Assembly: GCA_002633005.1 (NCBI GenBank)
Contig: NMRA01000026.1
Coordinates: 676,434-740,433, forward strand
Origin: Phoronis australis
Taxonomy: Eukaryota > Animalia > Phoronida
Length of the DNA stretch: 64,000 nucleotides
Direction of reading: 5' to 3'
The first letter of the stretch is position 1, and each line of letters opens with the position of its first letter. The notes beneath the pieces were generated by a model, which worked only from the letters and a program-made list of their open reading frames with translations, was not told the DNA's origin and made no database searches. The position numbers were made by a program, and so were the translations under genes. Positions 52,301 to 59,000 of this stretch are shown here, piece by piece.

Positions 52301-52360
52301 GCGCTGCGAAGTTCTGACTACTTCAAGAAGGAAGAGGTATGGACCGAAGTCTATCAGTGA
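495..52360 (+). CDS. FOCAD: Focadhesin (KIAA1797) orthologue, multi-exon gene, 5'-truncated by the window; about 30 exons, roughly 1480 codons recovered
   Basis: Spliced exon translations are colinear with recalled human focadhesin: RPELHGQDMLRLLSDVLNHCT vs RPYQHGADMLAAISQVLNECT; LPPINWMSVLNPIMR vs YPPVNWAALLSPLMR; C-terminus SLLALRSSDYFKKEEVWTEVYQ* vs TLLSLRVLPEFKKKAVWTRAYGW*. Splice phases are consistent at all junctions except across the N gap. Confidence 0.95.
705..746 (+). mobile_element. Tiny non-LTR retrotransposon reverse-transcriptase remnant
   Basis: Encodes LLFLDFSKAFDNV, the FLDxSKAFD RT motif of CR1/L2-type LINEs; no further RT motifs follow. Confidence 0.45.
1445..1594. mobile_element. 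~150 bp Harbinger-like MITE
   Basis: Imperfect TIRs gacccagttgcataaa / ttatgcaactcagcc; flanked by CAG on both sides (3-bp TSD). Confidence 0.55.
1809..1881. repeat. 11-bp tandem repeat (catgactggtc)n, about 6.5 copies
   Basis: Perfect period-11 array. Confidence 0.95.
4123..4344 (+). CDS. FOCAD: FOCAD exon VSVGHFTDTL...IAHSCPE
   Basis: Long polypyrimidine tract plus ag; gtgagt donor; phase 0-0; open frame. Confidence 0.85.
4723..4810 (+). CDS. FOCAD: FOCAD exon VLPCDDAVLPLAIL...IISL
   Basis: ttgcag acceptor and gtaagt donor; phase 0-1 fits the next exon. Confidence 0.8.
4988..6150 (-). mobile_element. Decayed mariner (DD34D-type) transposon with a pseudogenised transposase
   Basis: Minus-strand fragments occur in the expected order, with stops and frameshifts: RWRFKEG...VEKV...ERRRT, KIIAGDGSWIFDYDP, KEFVPQG, LLHDNAPAHTS, NLASCDFF..FPNLK, CIHTEGKYFKG. 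A TIR-like end is at 4988; the other boundary is approximate. Confidence 0.88.
6226..6279. repeat. (CA)n microsatellite, imperfect
   Basis: Directly visible. Confidence 0.9.
6694..9075. mobile_element. ~2.4 kb non-autonomous DNA transposon (Tc1/mariner-pogo-like CCGTA ends, TA target)
   Basis: 22-bp TIR ccataatcgttcgggttaacgc / gcgttaacccgaacgattacgg; TA on the left (the right flank reads GA); subterminal TTAA(C/G)CGCCC repeats; no transposase ORF. Confidence 0.85.
9361..9530 (+). CDS. FOCAD: FOCAD exon QHILPAVQCRLLVASLLLPLV...CPQQ
   Basis: ctccag acceptor and gtaaat donor; phase 1-0. Confidence 0.8.
9855..10127 (+). CDS. FOCAD: FOCAD exon VVTPGDQ...AKCDPTQ
   Basis: ttgtag acceptor and cag|gtgcac donor; the end matches human LAQADSSQ. 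Confidence 0.85.
10287..10331. repeat. (TA)n microsatellite
   Basis: Directly visible. Confidence 0.95.
10797..10901 (+). CDS. FOCAD: FOCAD exon AVDLLSLMLYKL...RLATHK
   Basis: ttgcag acceptor and gtgagt donor; matches VPNLIPVLMFKL...PKLGVHK. Confidence 0.9.
11618..11838 (+). CDS. FOCAD: FOCAD exon VCVPKVLQ...LWRLEDRCYPHL...KEVCTCR
   Basis: ttttag acceptor and gtactt donor; matches LWEKQDRVYPEL...RDICKQR. Confidence 0.9.
12441..12681. repeat. 17-bp minisatellite (cacttcctgtagcccca)n, about 14 degenerate copies
   Basis: Period-17 array; the source of the spurious repetitive ORFs at 12368-12758. Confidence 0.92.
14696..14881 (+). CDS. FOCAD: FOCAD exon PELHGQDML...LLTDQR
   Basis: ccgcag acceptor and gtaggt donor; the most recognisable focadhesin block. 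Confidence 0.95.
16781..16856 (+). CDS. FOCAD: FOCAD exon SLVLQAMCSLCGLVPQLKVETPDYE
   Basis: ttgcag acceptor and gtaatt donor; matches PLILKTLSELFSLVPSLTVNTTEYE. Confidence 0.9.
17155..17289 (+). CDS. FOCAD: FOCAD exon EFTNQILDALW...ITHLPQQ
   Basis: ttttag acceptor and gtacgc donor; matches NFKVQVLSFLW...ILHLPEK. Confidence 0.9.
17810..17915 (+). CDS. FOCAD: FOCAD exon VQETVN...VPGHSYIKLLS...VAP
   Basis: ttgcag acceptor and gtattt donor; matches VPGSCYLKLLS. Confidence 0.9.
18915..19100 (+). CDS. FOCAD: FOCAD exon CQDLVSSIIEREVKELPR...QQYIA
   Basis: atgtag acceptor and gtacac donor; matches FTSLVKQEMVNMPR...IPNFILKMY. Confidence 0.9.
19130..19206 (+). mobile_element. tRNA-derived SINE head or tRNA pseudogene
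   Basis: A-box-like tagctcattgttgagagc, degenerate B-box ggttgattccc, and complementary ends gggtcctca/tggggatcc; the T-loop is non-canonical. Confidence 0.55.
20419..20540 (+). CDS. FOCAD: FOCAD exon SLLLTFNPAVEKTRDGKPRRQNLVTRARTF...IQQ
   Basis: ttctag acceptor and gtgggt donor; matches SKDGKPLNRLMASRGRSF; absent from the ORF track. Confidence 0.9.
21205..21456 (+). CDS. FOCAD: FOCAD exon VPFERII...SWFYARD...ANALL
   Basis: tttcag acceptor and gtatgt donor; matches ELELQLKHGK...AWLWVRD...GNALL. Confidence 0.92.
21485..23540 (+). mobile_element. Helentron/HINE-like non-autonomous element with internal tandem units
   Basis: T-rich start, (cgtc)n-like microsatellite, repeated degenerate units (cctagtggc, gtatctcctaaac, ttttcggatgga), and a 3' hairpin caacg...cgttg followed by ctcttgtt; family assigned from architecture only. 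Confidence 0.6.
21744..22262. mobile_element. PIF/Harbinger-like MITE nested in the Helentron-like element
   Basis: TIRs gggctgttccagtaaaatctgt / acagattttgctggaacagccc; TCA 3-bp TSD on both sides; removing it restores the host repeat unit. Confidence 0.85.
23966..24145 (+). CDS. FOCAD: FOCAD exon ALCALCGHL...FQSMAQW...DLNQK
   Basis: tcctag acceptor and gtagga donor; matches FLSMKEWVSMVLDTLLVIVD. Confidence 0.9.
25553..26635 (-). CDS. Intronless class A (rhodopsin-like) GPCR, FMRFamide/peptide-receptor-like, nested antisense in a FOCAD intron; first ATG at 26575 (340 aa); the ORF track starts at a GTG
   Basis: Seven hydrophobic segments; TM1 FNILNLIVL, TM2 YLRMLAVSD, TM3 LAVERY, TM7 NFIIYC, helix 8 KKFRQVF; N-glycosylation sequons in the N-terminus. 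Confidence 0.93.
   Translation of the reverse strand: MELGPSWLTRCNRTFAELRSMLDTADNRSVYNESTCNYTDITLYEENILYVYIFPSACALGIAFNILNLIVLSHKSFRLSTYTYLRMLAVSDTITLAIGSCIGVSRCTECHGLQQTYYWRRFYEIYIYLPLNNMSGTLSVWLTVTLAVERYVYIKYPIRSKILCTRQTARRVIVILAMASILINSGYIMSYEINDCNEIQPKYSAGDVMYYLDKSNSWVKATFGNYASSIALIILSVLLIHQVSRTQPAEDLVRFQNHVRIKREQMHRRLAMMVLIVIVIFLLGNIPIVFASPSIARPLFQDETLSSTQYRTYRLVVNCLELFTYTFNFIIYCASNKKFRQVFYRKVGYHTRDVTVTSED
27432..27821. mobile_element. Degenerate Tc1/mariner-type MITE between the two GPCR genes
   Basis: TA|catgacgtcccaaaaatgtgc ... gtgcatttttggaacaccctg|TA. Confidence 0.6.
28498..29511 (-). CDS. Second intronless class A GPCR (337 aa), paralogue of 25553-26635, nested antisense in the same FOCAD intron
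   Basis: TM1 CNTFNLIVL, TM2 YMRALTISD, TM3 LAAERL, TM7 NFCIYC; shares YWRRxYEIYxYLPxNNMSGTxSVWLTV with its neighbour. Confidence 0.93.
   Translation of the reverse strand: MTMNKSCNATVLLEEEYIVYSYVYPCICGIGVLCNTFNLIVLSDKAFSLSTYTYMRALTISDMVTLVILAFIGLSRCEWCYIPTPSNYWRRVYEIYVYLPFNNMSGTVSVWLTVALAAERLVFIKYPVISKKHCTVKNARKVILILSVCGVAINYHHFFMFRINDCFQLERFSDARTVLYHVIIAQTWLKAVLVTYVSLILLIVLSVLLILEVRKPPSRVNTLSQHNKNNARSKLQRRLTVMLIVLVIFFLFGNLPVVLAAAPIARVVFNDSTLTSPAYQIYRLASNCMEMMTFSLNFCIYCAFNKKFGEVFCRKMSGHKCNVKLSPSTSNQQVSGV
30306..31527. mobile_element. Old long-TIR non-autonomous DNA element (Kolobok-like, TTAA-type ends) of a family abundant in the window
   Basis: ~150-bp degenerate inverted ends containing ggtcacatga / aaatcaaattctaca / ctactttcagaaa, ending cttacgtaacc-tcaa. 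Related pieces lie near 3400-3800, 16030-16320, 21000-21157, 31975-32490, 40969-41460, 52392-52640 and 59520-59830. Confidence 0.55.
32895..33131 (+). CDS. FOCAD: FOCAD exon copy A: RYGLTRASRLAESVAPLALSL...DTSNQQ
   Basis: ttacag acceptor and gtgagt donor; 237 nt, phase 0-0; matches TASAIARSAAATALSLL. Confidence 0.85.
33296..33585. repeat. 43-bp minisatellite, about 6.7 copies (variant ...ccattaCttgag), ending at the single N
   Basis: Period-43 unit ttgagtatattgataacaaaacaatggtatgaacatccattac. Confidence 0.95.
33587..33612. mobile_element. Right TIR of the same transposon family as 6694-9075, truncated by the assembly gap
   Basis: cagggcgttaacccgaacgattacgg followed by TA; matches 9054-9075. 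Confidence 0.85.
34379..34615 (+). CDS. FOCAD: FOCAD exon copy B (duplicate of 32895-33131; probably the other allele)
   Basis: Same splice sites as copy A; about 5 nt differences, including S->G and D->E. Confidence 0.8.
34642..35733. mobile_element. Kolobok-like long-TIR element containing the second 43-bp minisatellite
   Basis: tcaa-ggtcat...ttttctgaaagtagaaag...gaatttga on the left; inverted aaattc...ctttcagaaag...cttacgtaacc on the right. Confidence 0.55.
34782..35160. repeat. 43-bp minisatellite, about 8.8 copies (variant ...ccattaAttgag)
   Basis: Same unit as 33296-33585 with a fixed C/A difference. Confidence 0.95.
36906..36976 (+). CDS. FOCAD: FOCAD exon MTSCIQACVHLYKDSCFSSDLSR
   Basis: tttcag acceptor and gtatgt donor; phase 0-2 fits both neighbours; matches MNLLLMKSLDALENCCFDTSL. 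Confidence 0.8.
37413..37530 (+). mobile_element. tRNA-derived SINE 5' fragment
   Basis: A-box gtggtgtagtg, B-box gggtttgagtccc, then ccttgagtcagg as in many invertebrate SINE bodies. Confidence 0.55.
38093..38237 (+). CDS. FOCAD: FOCAD exon PPGMYTGMVVIL...KDASE
   Basis: tttcag acceptor and gtattc donor; phase 2-0. Confidence 0.82.
38380..38410. mobile_element. 31-bp hairpin micro-insertion with a 7-bp target duplication
   Basis: gttaatc|ctaggaaccagt-taaagat-actggttcctag|gttaagc. Confidence 0.7.
38921..39058 (+). CDS. FOCAD: FOCAD exon (AVFFLQ)ELYECTAAVVSLAL...SANPK; an alternative in-frame acceptor would start it at 38939
   Basis: atacag or ttacag acceptor and gttggt donor; matches EVLAYTLSCVCTSAF...EDVMNKL. 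Confidence 0.82.
39600..39822. repeat. Degenerate (ATTGT)n pentamer repeat
   Basis: Directly visible; generates spurious low-complexity ORFs. Confidence 0.85.
39905..40024 (+). CDS. FOCAD: FOCAD exon NTGLCLAIGHI...WQAHILK
   Basis: attcag acceptor and gtactg donor; matches TSGFALALGNI...AWIRIVL. Confidence 0.88.
40831..40899 (+). CDS. FOCAD: FOCAD exon GDSTLACLNGLAALVGGDWIVSG
   Basis: ttacag acceptor and gtaagt donor; matches LAALHGMVALVGSE. Confidence 0.9.
42305..42332. repeat. (TTGTC)n microsatellite
   Basis: Directly visible. Confidence 0.9.
42393..42546 (+). CDS. FOCAD: FOCAD exon GLLDLSTV...QGHALWLLVNIY...GR
   Basis: gtgcag acceptor and gtaaga donor; matches NEVIRTLTQVI...QSNAVWLLGHL. 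Confidence 0.9.
43581..43670 (+). CDS. FOCAD: FOCAD exon ATATAAPSSYKYLPEGSVLKAAMDLLMSR
   Basis: ttacag acceptor and gtatgt donor; matches VPTDYSYLPESSFIGAA. Confidence 0.92.
44351..44995 (-). mobile_element. 5'-truncated LINE (CR1/L2-group-like), ORF2 C-terminus plus 3' tail
   Basis: KPKLRT...LLAQLRTGNLPLHLETG...ERLCLCC...VEDELHFVFDC.LY CCHC-type knuckle; minus-strand tail aataaataaa(tac)n. Confidence 0.85.
45613..45717 (+). CDS. FOCAD: FOCAD exon SQQDDLAIL...LPPINWMSVLNPIMRTSP
   Basis: ttgcag acceptor and gttggt donor; matches PPVNWAALLSPLMR. Confidence 0.92.
46359..46474 (+). CDS. FOCAD: FOCAD exon SSVQTQCITVALQQ...SWALPPQLDSLN
   Basis: tttcag acceptor and gtgagt donor; matches EEIQQLCLEIMVTQ...LWVTPPLIHSLS. 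Confidence 0.92.
47060..47744. other. Assembly gap (685 N) followed by a (CCT/CCCT)n tract to about 47832
   Basis: N run; the adjacent pyrimidine-rich low-complexity tract is a typical sequencing breakpoint. Confidence 0.99.
48583..48619 (+). CDS. FOCAD: Candidate 37-nt FOCAD exon TWPRIQGSHSHQ
   Basis: tttttcatctacag acceptor and cag|gtactg donor; ends in phase 0 as the next exon requires; sequence similarity is weak. Confidence 0.5.
49234..49424 (+). CDS. FOCAD: FOCAD exon LYEVLAECLSYLPD...WLVRHGKQPIGIL
   Basis: ttccag acceptor and gtgagc donor; matches LYISIAKCLLEM...YLVSQGRFPLVNL. Confidence 0.9.
50457..50616 (+). CDS. FOCAD: FOCAD exon CNINEVIANL...QDWLVELIGHVKNV...KLHE, followed by a GC donor
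   Basis: ttatag acceptor and gag|gcaagt donor; matches MEWLLELMGYIRNVA. Confidence 0.88.
51022..51283 (+). CDS. FOCAD: FOCAD exon VYLLVVCTALCSW...DPSWTCLVPKLTTWL...MVH
   Basis: tttcag acceptor and gtaagt donor; matches FFLLIFATAVVAW...KEPWKEQTQKFIDWL. Confidence 0.9.
52290..52360 (+). CDS. FOCAD: FOCAD terminal exon SLLALRSSDYFKKEEVWTEVYQ*
   Basis: ttgtag acceptor; TGA at 52358-52360; matches the human C-terminus. Confidence 0.93.
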
Positions 52361-54481
52361 CCTGTCGGGGTGGTGTTTAGGAAAGGTTATTTAAGGTCAT
52401 GTAGGAGTCTAGAAAAATGTCCAAATTTGGCTAAGTACGAAACATCATATTCCAAAAATGAGTGATCGGATTTGCGTGAAACTTTTGCATACCATGCTTT
52501 GTGCAAATGAAATTTAACCACATTGTTGACTCCATTGTTTTGCTGTAACTTTCTTTTTGGTAAATTTTATTAAAAAGATATGGTAACATGACCCAGTTAA
52601 TGATAGGTTGGTATAAAATCAAAAATTGCAGACTTGTAGATGAGATTGCTTAAAAGGGTTTTGTTGCCAAGGATTTTATTTTTGAGGAAAAACGTTTAGT
52701 GTGTTGTCACCGTCATGTCGTGAACACATCCACTAAAACAAGAAACTGTAGGAACACCGCATTTATCCACCTTCACTCTTATCAGGCTTCTATTGTGAGT
52801 CAGCATGCGTGAATAATTGGCTGATAAGCCACCTCTGGAACTACTTTGGGCTGAATGGATGACCAGGCCATAAAATGATAATTAGCCAAGACCAGTTACT
52901 ATAATGCAACAAAGAACAAGTAATAATGTCTTGCATCACCTAGCCTTGGTGGAAAGCTGTATACTGTATTGGCTCAAACAAACGCTTAGAAAAATTCATT
53001 TCACGGGGAGGGGACGCTTATTGTAGTGAGCCTACGGCAGTTGAAACCCGGTTTCCCAAACGGGTAAAATCGGAAGCTAGGATTCATCAAATTTACGCTC
53101 TGTGACGTATTTGTAGCCTATGACAGCCTTTCTACAAAATTGTGGTGCATTGCTATCAACTTCCGTTGTTAAATTACAATAATTTTTCAAAAAATTGTGC
53201 TCATCACAGGGCGAAAACTTGCCGACTGATGCGTCGCTGAATCGCGATCGTCAATAGGAAAACTTGTACTCTTGAATAAAAATATAGTTTCGACTCAACA
53301 AATTACCTGAAATCTTCCTGATGTTTTACAATTTTTAAAGTTCCTGTGGAGTCCAGATTAATTGCGATTAAGTCCAAATGTGCACTACATCGTACTCCAC
53401 AACACGAGAAAAATCTCTGGATGAACACACATGTTGTTGTCACGTGACGTTTGTTTTGAAGGTCGCCTGCGTATGAAAGTGAGTGAGCGTGCGTGTGCGG
53501 GTCATCGACGATGGACTTTTTTGTTACAAAAGGCGGAGGATTATGCAAGAAAATGGTGTTTACTAGATTGTTTTTCACTTAAACGGCTGTAACGTGCAAG
53601 GTGAGTGCGCTCGCAGAGTCACATCTCGGAAGTTTCCGGTTTGACGGATGACAAAAAACGATCTCAATGAAATTACACAAAGTCGTTTTAGAGCCTGTAA
53701 TAGCTATACAAAACGTATTTTGAGTATTTAAATGCATTTTTTCCAAAACCTAAATAACACACGGAGTAGTTCTACATTTATACAATCCTTACTTGGGTCC
53801 TATATTTTTGTATTCGTGCGCGCCGAATGAAAGTAATCGTGAGTGTTTCTGTGTTGCAAAATCTCTTATCCTGGGCCGATTTGAAAAATTAAAAGTTGTA
53901 TTCGTATTTATTTTCGCTCCTCTTTTCAAATATTACAGTAAAAACTACGTAAAATTCGCTCCATAAAAAGTACAGTTGTTAGGCTAGACTGTAATCAGCT
54001 GATTATATCCGCATGAGCGAAGTCAATTATCCTCGCTCGTGACTCGATGAATAGAGCAGCTTGGCGGCATCCCTTTGAGCATGAGCCGAGCGCGTCTCAG
54101 CCAAGGTGGATAAATACGGTCTAGTTCAATTTTCCATACCCCGCCGTTTACCTTAAACACCGGGGTTAGAACCAATTTTATTTAGTGGGAATGTTCATAG
54201 CATGGTGTATATGGGCGTGTTTGTGGTTATGAATAAATATTTGTTTTTTTATTATTTTTTTTATTTATTCTTAGCACTCCTTGTACACCACCAGCCAATA
54301 TTTACTCAAAGGAGAATGCCACCGGATTTAATTAGTCTTTTTTGCCTTCTTAGTCGGTCTATATCCACATTGCCTGCATACGGTCGACCTTACCTTGCCA
54401 AGAGGTGTCGCGTTAACCTGTGAGGAAGGTGAGAAACGACGCTAGCGACGTCAGCGGTTCACATGCAGAGTGAATGCCGCT

Positions 54482-54796
54482 ATGTTGCAGTGCATCGTTC
54501 CCGCTTGTCCAAACTAAGCAGCTGCGAGGAAAGCGGGTATATCGTTTTCTTTACTTCCTCGAGAGTCGGAAATGCTTAGGAATTGGCTCATGGTAGTGAA
54601 GAATGAAAGGTACGCTGTAAATGAGGCAAATGACTCCATACGTTCCGTTGTCTGAGCTTGTTCAAGGCGCCTCTCTAGTATTTCTTCATTACTGTATTCC
54701 TGTTCGAATTGATAGCCTGTAAAACTTAACGATCCACCTGCGAAGTCGGGACTGATGAGATCTAGCTCGCCCTAAGTCGGGATTGCGAGTTGCCAT
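54482..54796. pseudogene. Kolobok-like transposon remnant: degenerate THAP start (+, 54482-54609) converging on a KolX/P2X7-ballast-like N-terminus (-, 54631-54796)
   Basis: Plus strand MLQCIVPACPN*AAARKAGISFSLLPRESEMLRNWL; minus strand ...SFTGYQFEQEYSNEEILERR with a frameshift after the ATG. Confidence 0.5.
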
Positions 54797-56004
54797 CATA
54801 TTGGCTTTTTTATTGAGCGTTCTGTTTCAAAATGAATTATTCTCACCCTAACCAATACTTATATAAAAATGAAACATAGTCTGTCTCATTAGATGCAATT
54901 TGTAATGCCTTTGGAGTGTTTGTGTGTGCAAATCATTTGAGAAGCTAGCAATGAATAAATCACTTCGTTACAAGCGGCTTTCCTAGGTGCAATAAAACTA
55001 ATTGACGGGACACCTAGAGAGGCTGTGTGAGCTCATGCTAATTTAGTGTTTGCTGACAGAAACTGTTGTGAAGCAACTCGATTTCCATCCCACGGCCAGG
55101 TGTTAGGAGAATCTTTATTTACATTTAAATTACTCAAATAATGATTGTCAATGTACAACTTCTGCCCTGACGGTGCTGTGGCCAAAGCGGAACCAGTGAG
55201 TGAATTCGCGACTCCGACGAGTAAGTAGATTTGCAGTTTCGTGGCTAATTCACCAACATAATCAGATGCACATTACTTTGGCTCACTAGTATAGTATTTT
55301 CTTGACTGGAAGTTTAGTTTCCACTGAACTTTGGCTGGTTTATGTTCGTGATGTCTGATCAGTTTCCGAGCCACTGGCGGGAATAACCAGTCAATCCGGC
55401 CGGCCGCGACGGGCCTGATCGGGCTCCGAGCCACTGGCCAGGAGAACAAGCGTTTTGTGTGTTTAGAACGCAAAAATCACAAGTCTAAACAACACAGATC
55501 TAGGTACTCCTGTCTGTATGTCACGGAAAATACTTCGAAATTATCTCCGAACAGACCCCCAACTCCTGCTACGGACCTTATTGGCCTGCCGAGCTTTGTA
55601 GGCTACGGTGTGTCCAAATACCAATAAATCCGTAAGAGCCAAATAAAACAACACTTTTTTATAAGAACTCGATGTATTTTTAAGGGTTTTACATTGAAGT
55701 TTGATGATTTATTGGAGTTAAACAATGACTTCAAGCGATAAACTGACACCAGTAACCCGTGTTGTGAACTGCTGAACAGACTGCGCGAGAAACCGATGAC
55801 GTCATTGGATAATTTCAACACCTCCATCTGCCGTCAGGTGTCAGGTAACGCAACCGTACGTGTCGTTATGGAGTAGAACTACTCGATCTAAACTGATACA
55901 AATTAGGTTTGTTTTTGGGTGGCATGCTTCTTTAATAACTCACACTGTGTGCTTGTGTTTTATAATCAGTTGTAATGAAAGAAAATACAAGATTATTGTT
56001 CAAC

Positions 56005-56033
56005 CTAGGAACCAGTTACTTAGTGGTTCCTAG
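56005..56033. mobile_element. 29-bp hairpin micro-insertion of the same family with a perfect 7-bp TSD
   Basis: gttcaac|ctaggaacca-gttacttag-tggttcctag|gttcaac. Confidence 0.75.
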
Positions 56034-59000
56034 GTTCAACATATCATTACATCTTGGTATCTCTCAAGGAGCCAAAAAATTAGCAAAGTTGGTATTAACA
56101 TTTGAGATGACTTTAATTGATGAAAAGCATGCTTACTTCATTGAAAGCAACTGGAATATCAAATTTACAATACAGATGACATGCCAACAAATGAGATTCA
56201 CCTAATCAGCAAAACTCAAAAAGTACTGTACCAGTTCAATCATTAACAGACGAAATCTTGTCATTTTAGTATGCATATCACTTTTAAATTTGTAGAATAT
56301 GTGCAGTGTTCGAAGGCAAGTATTGCCTTAAATAATACGTATGCATGCAACTTACTTAGTGCCGTGGTTATACGTTTTCTAGTCACAGTTTATGTTCAAT
56401 ATCCTTCAGCCCTGTTTGAAAACGTTTAAATATGCGACTTCATTACCAACCGATTAGGAGCGGAGCACTAAACAATCTCTACGCCATTTTGAAAATGAAA
56501 TAGTCTAACGGTCATTTCTGTACAAAAAGTAAAAGGCATGATTCTAAGCCAAAATCATTGTTTTACTTTATTGCAACCCAGAGGGTGGCTCCGGCGGCCA
56601 TGTTTTTGATGGGGTGCATCTAAAAAATAAGATAACCCACACATTTAGTGAATGGCCTGAAAAGGGGATTCATTTCATTCCGAGTGTTGCCGGGGATCAT
56701 GCCATGAAAACTGAAGTCGCTCTTTGTTATGTCCTAGAAATGCCACCTTAGTCATCGGCAATGCCGCTACATCGCGTTTCTCTTGGCTTGCATTGAATGC
56801 TTCTGCCGATAGGATTGCAGCAGGTACATTTCACAGCGCCTGAACTTTTGTGACTGGCTCATTTGCCGGGTTTTGGGACTTTGGAACAGATATGCCGGTG
56901 TAATGACCGCTAATTGTTCGTGCCAACATTCTTTCCCGCCCATTTTAGGCACTGTGGACTAAAAAAACTAAATCCATCGTTGAAAATTGAACTTGATTAC
57001 TGTTTGAAGAGTAGAAGTATGTTTACTAAACAGAGAAAGCTAAATAACGCGCACTGCAACTACCGGTTTGTCTGTTGACATATCGCAACCTCTATAGTGT
57101 AAACTGCCTGAGCAACACAATAAGACGATTTGATCTTATTTAGTATCATTAAAGAATGCAGTAAAAATTGAATGGTGGAGTGCGTCATGGGTTAAATTCC
57201 ATGAACGCAATCTTTGGCAGGGACTGAACACTGTAACTTAAGACTTGAAAAGCTACTAGAATAGAAGCAGTGTTGACAAAAATGAATCACCTTTTTGTAT
57301 GACAATTTTTTTAAATAAAGATAAATCCTTTTGTAGATTGGTGTAGATGAAAAATGAGCCGTGCGTATAATTTCAAACACCCAAAGTGAACTCTCTTGTT
57401 ATTTTGTCAGAAAAAAACTTTCGGTTGGTAGACAGTGTTTAGTGGTTGTGAAAAAGTCGGCCTACTGAGCACCGCGTCTCGTGTACATGTACCTCGTACT
57501 GTTTAGTTGTTTCTTAATGAATCGATTTCATTTTTCTTTCCTTATTTTGAAATACATATCCATCATTTTTTTACCACTAACCACGTCACTTGGCCTATTT
57601 TGACATGATCTTAAAATTCCTCGCCTGGAAATCGGTTGTTTCACTATTTAAGGCGGTTAACCAGTTCTATGACGCATGCACGACACATGCACATGAAGAA
57701 AGTAGGGACGTTGTCTTGGTCGACTAGTGTTGAATCCAACCCTTGACACAGGCATGAATTTTCTCGCGATGAAGTCTTTCACTGACTTTCTAGTCAAGCG
57801 CGAAAACTAAAAGTGATTTTCGGACATGTTTCGTTATGTTCATCGGGCGATTTAGGAGTGCTACTCAACTCTCCCCCGAGGCCCGACAAAAAAACGCCGC
57901 CGACATACTGTTTAAGGGCTGGGCGAATATTTTCCTTGAGAAAATGTGGTTGTCCCTTCCTAAAGCCTTAGACCGTCCGGAGGCGTAATAAATCATAATA
58001 GGAATTTCACGTGATCGAAATCGTGACTTCGCCATTATTTCCTAAACCAACACCAGCTTGTAATATCTTGTTACTGGTGATCAGATTATCACATGTAGTA
58101 ACTAAGAGGAAACGCGCGGCATTATCTTCTAATATCGGATATCAAAAGGTCTCCCAACCAACCATTTCTGCAATGGTAACTGTACTGTATTGCGTCTACT
58201 TTCCTGTCTCGTAAATTGTATATTTGCTGATCTATCATTTCAGCGGACTCACGAAGTGTGATTTTTTTCAATGCAACACCATTAGAGGTTGGTAAAGCTG
58301 GTTCTTGCTTTACTTGGGGATTGATCAGCCCACCCCAATACGTCACGTAATGTTTTGAGACGGGTGTGAGGTGACCTATAACTGTTAAATAATTCTGTTA
58401 ATGTGTATAACCGCCCATCCCAAACTTAATGAGTCACGCGAAGGGCGACAACCGAACACCCCATCATTACAAATAGCTTCCGATTCTCAAGGTACTTTGA
58501 CAGGGAGGGGGGGTGGGGGTGTTGCTTGAAAATTAGGGTATATGCACGTTTTGAGGATGAACTTGAAAAACGACCAATTTGCTCAGAGCTTCAGTGAAAA
58601 AAATCTTTTCCTGGACTTTCGTTCCGTAAACACTGCATCTTTTTAGAGATTTTCATAAAAAAATTCACAAACCTAACATTTTCGTGGGGATTCTTAGTTT
58701 TTCAACCCATAAAACCAAGAAGAGGCTCTACGATGTCATTGCAATGGGACTTTAGATACATTTATATTAACTAAATAATATTTTCCTGATTTTCCAATGT
58801 GCACAACTTCTACTCACACGCCACACGTGTTTGCTCTAGTAGATGGAAGTAATAATGAAAACAGTGTAGATTTTAGTAGTTGGGGTTGTAGCCTTTTTTG
58901 CCATCATGGTGAACCCTTTTATTGGGAATTGAATAGAACAGACACTTTCTGAAATCAGCCCGATATTTCTGTGTAGTTTTATGCACGTTAATTCACGATC

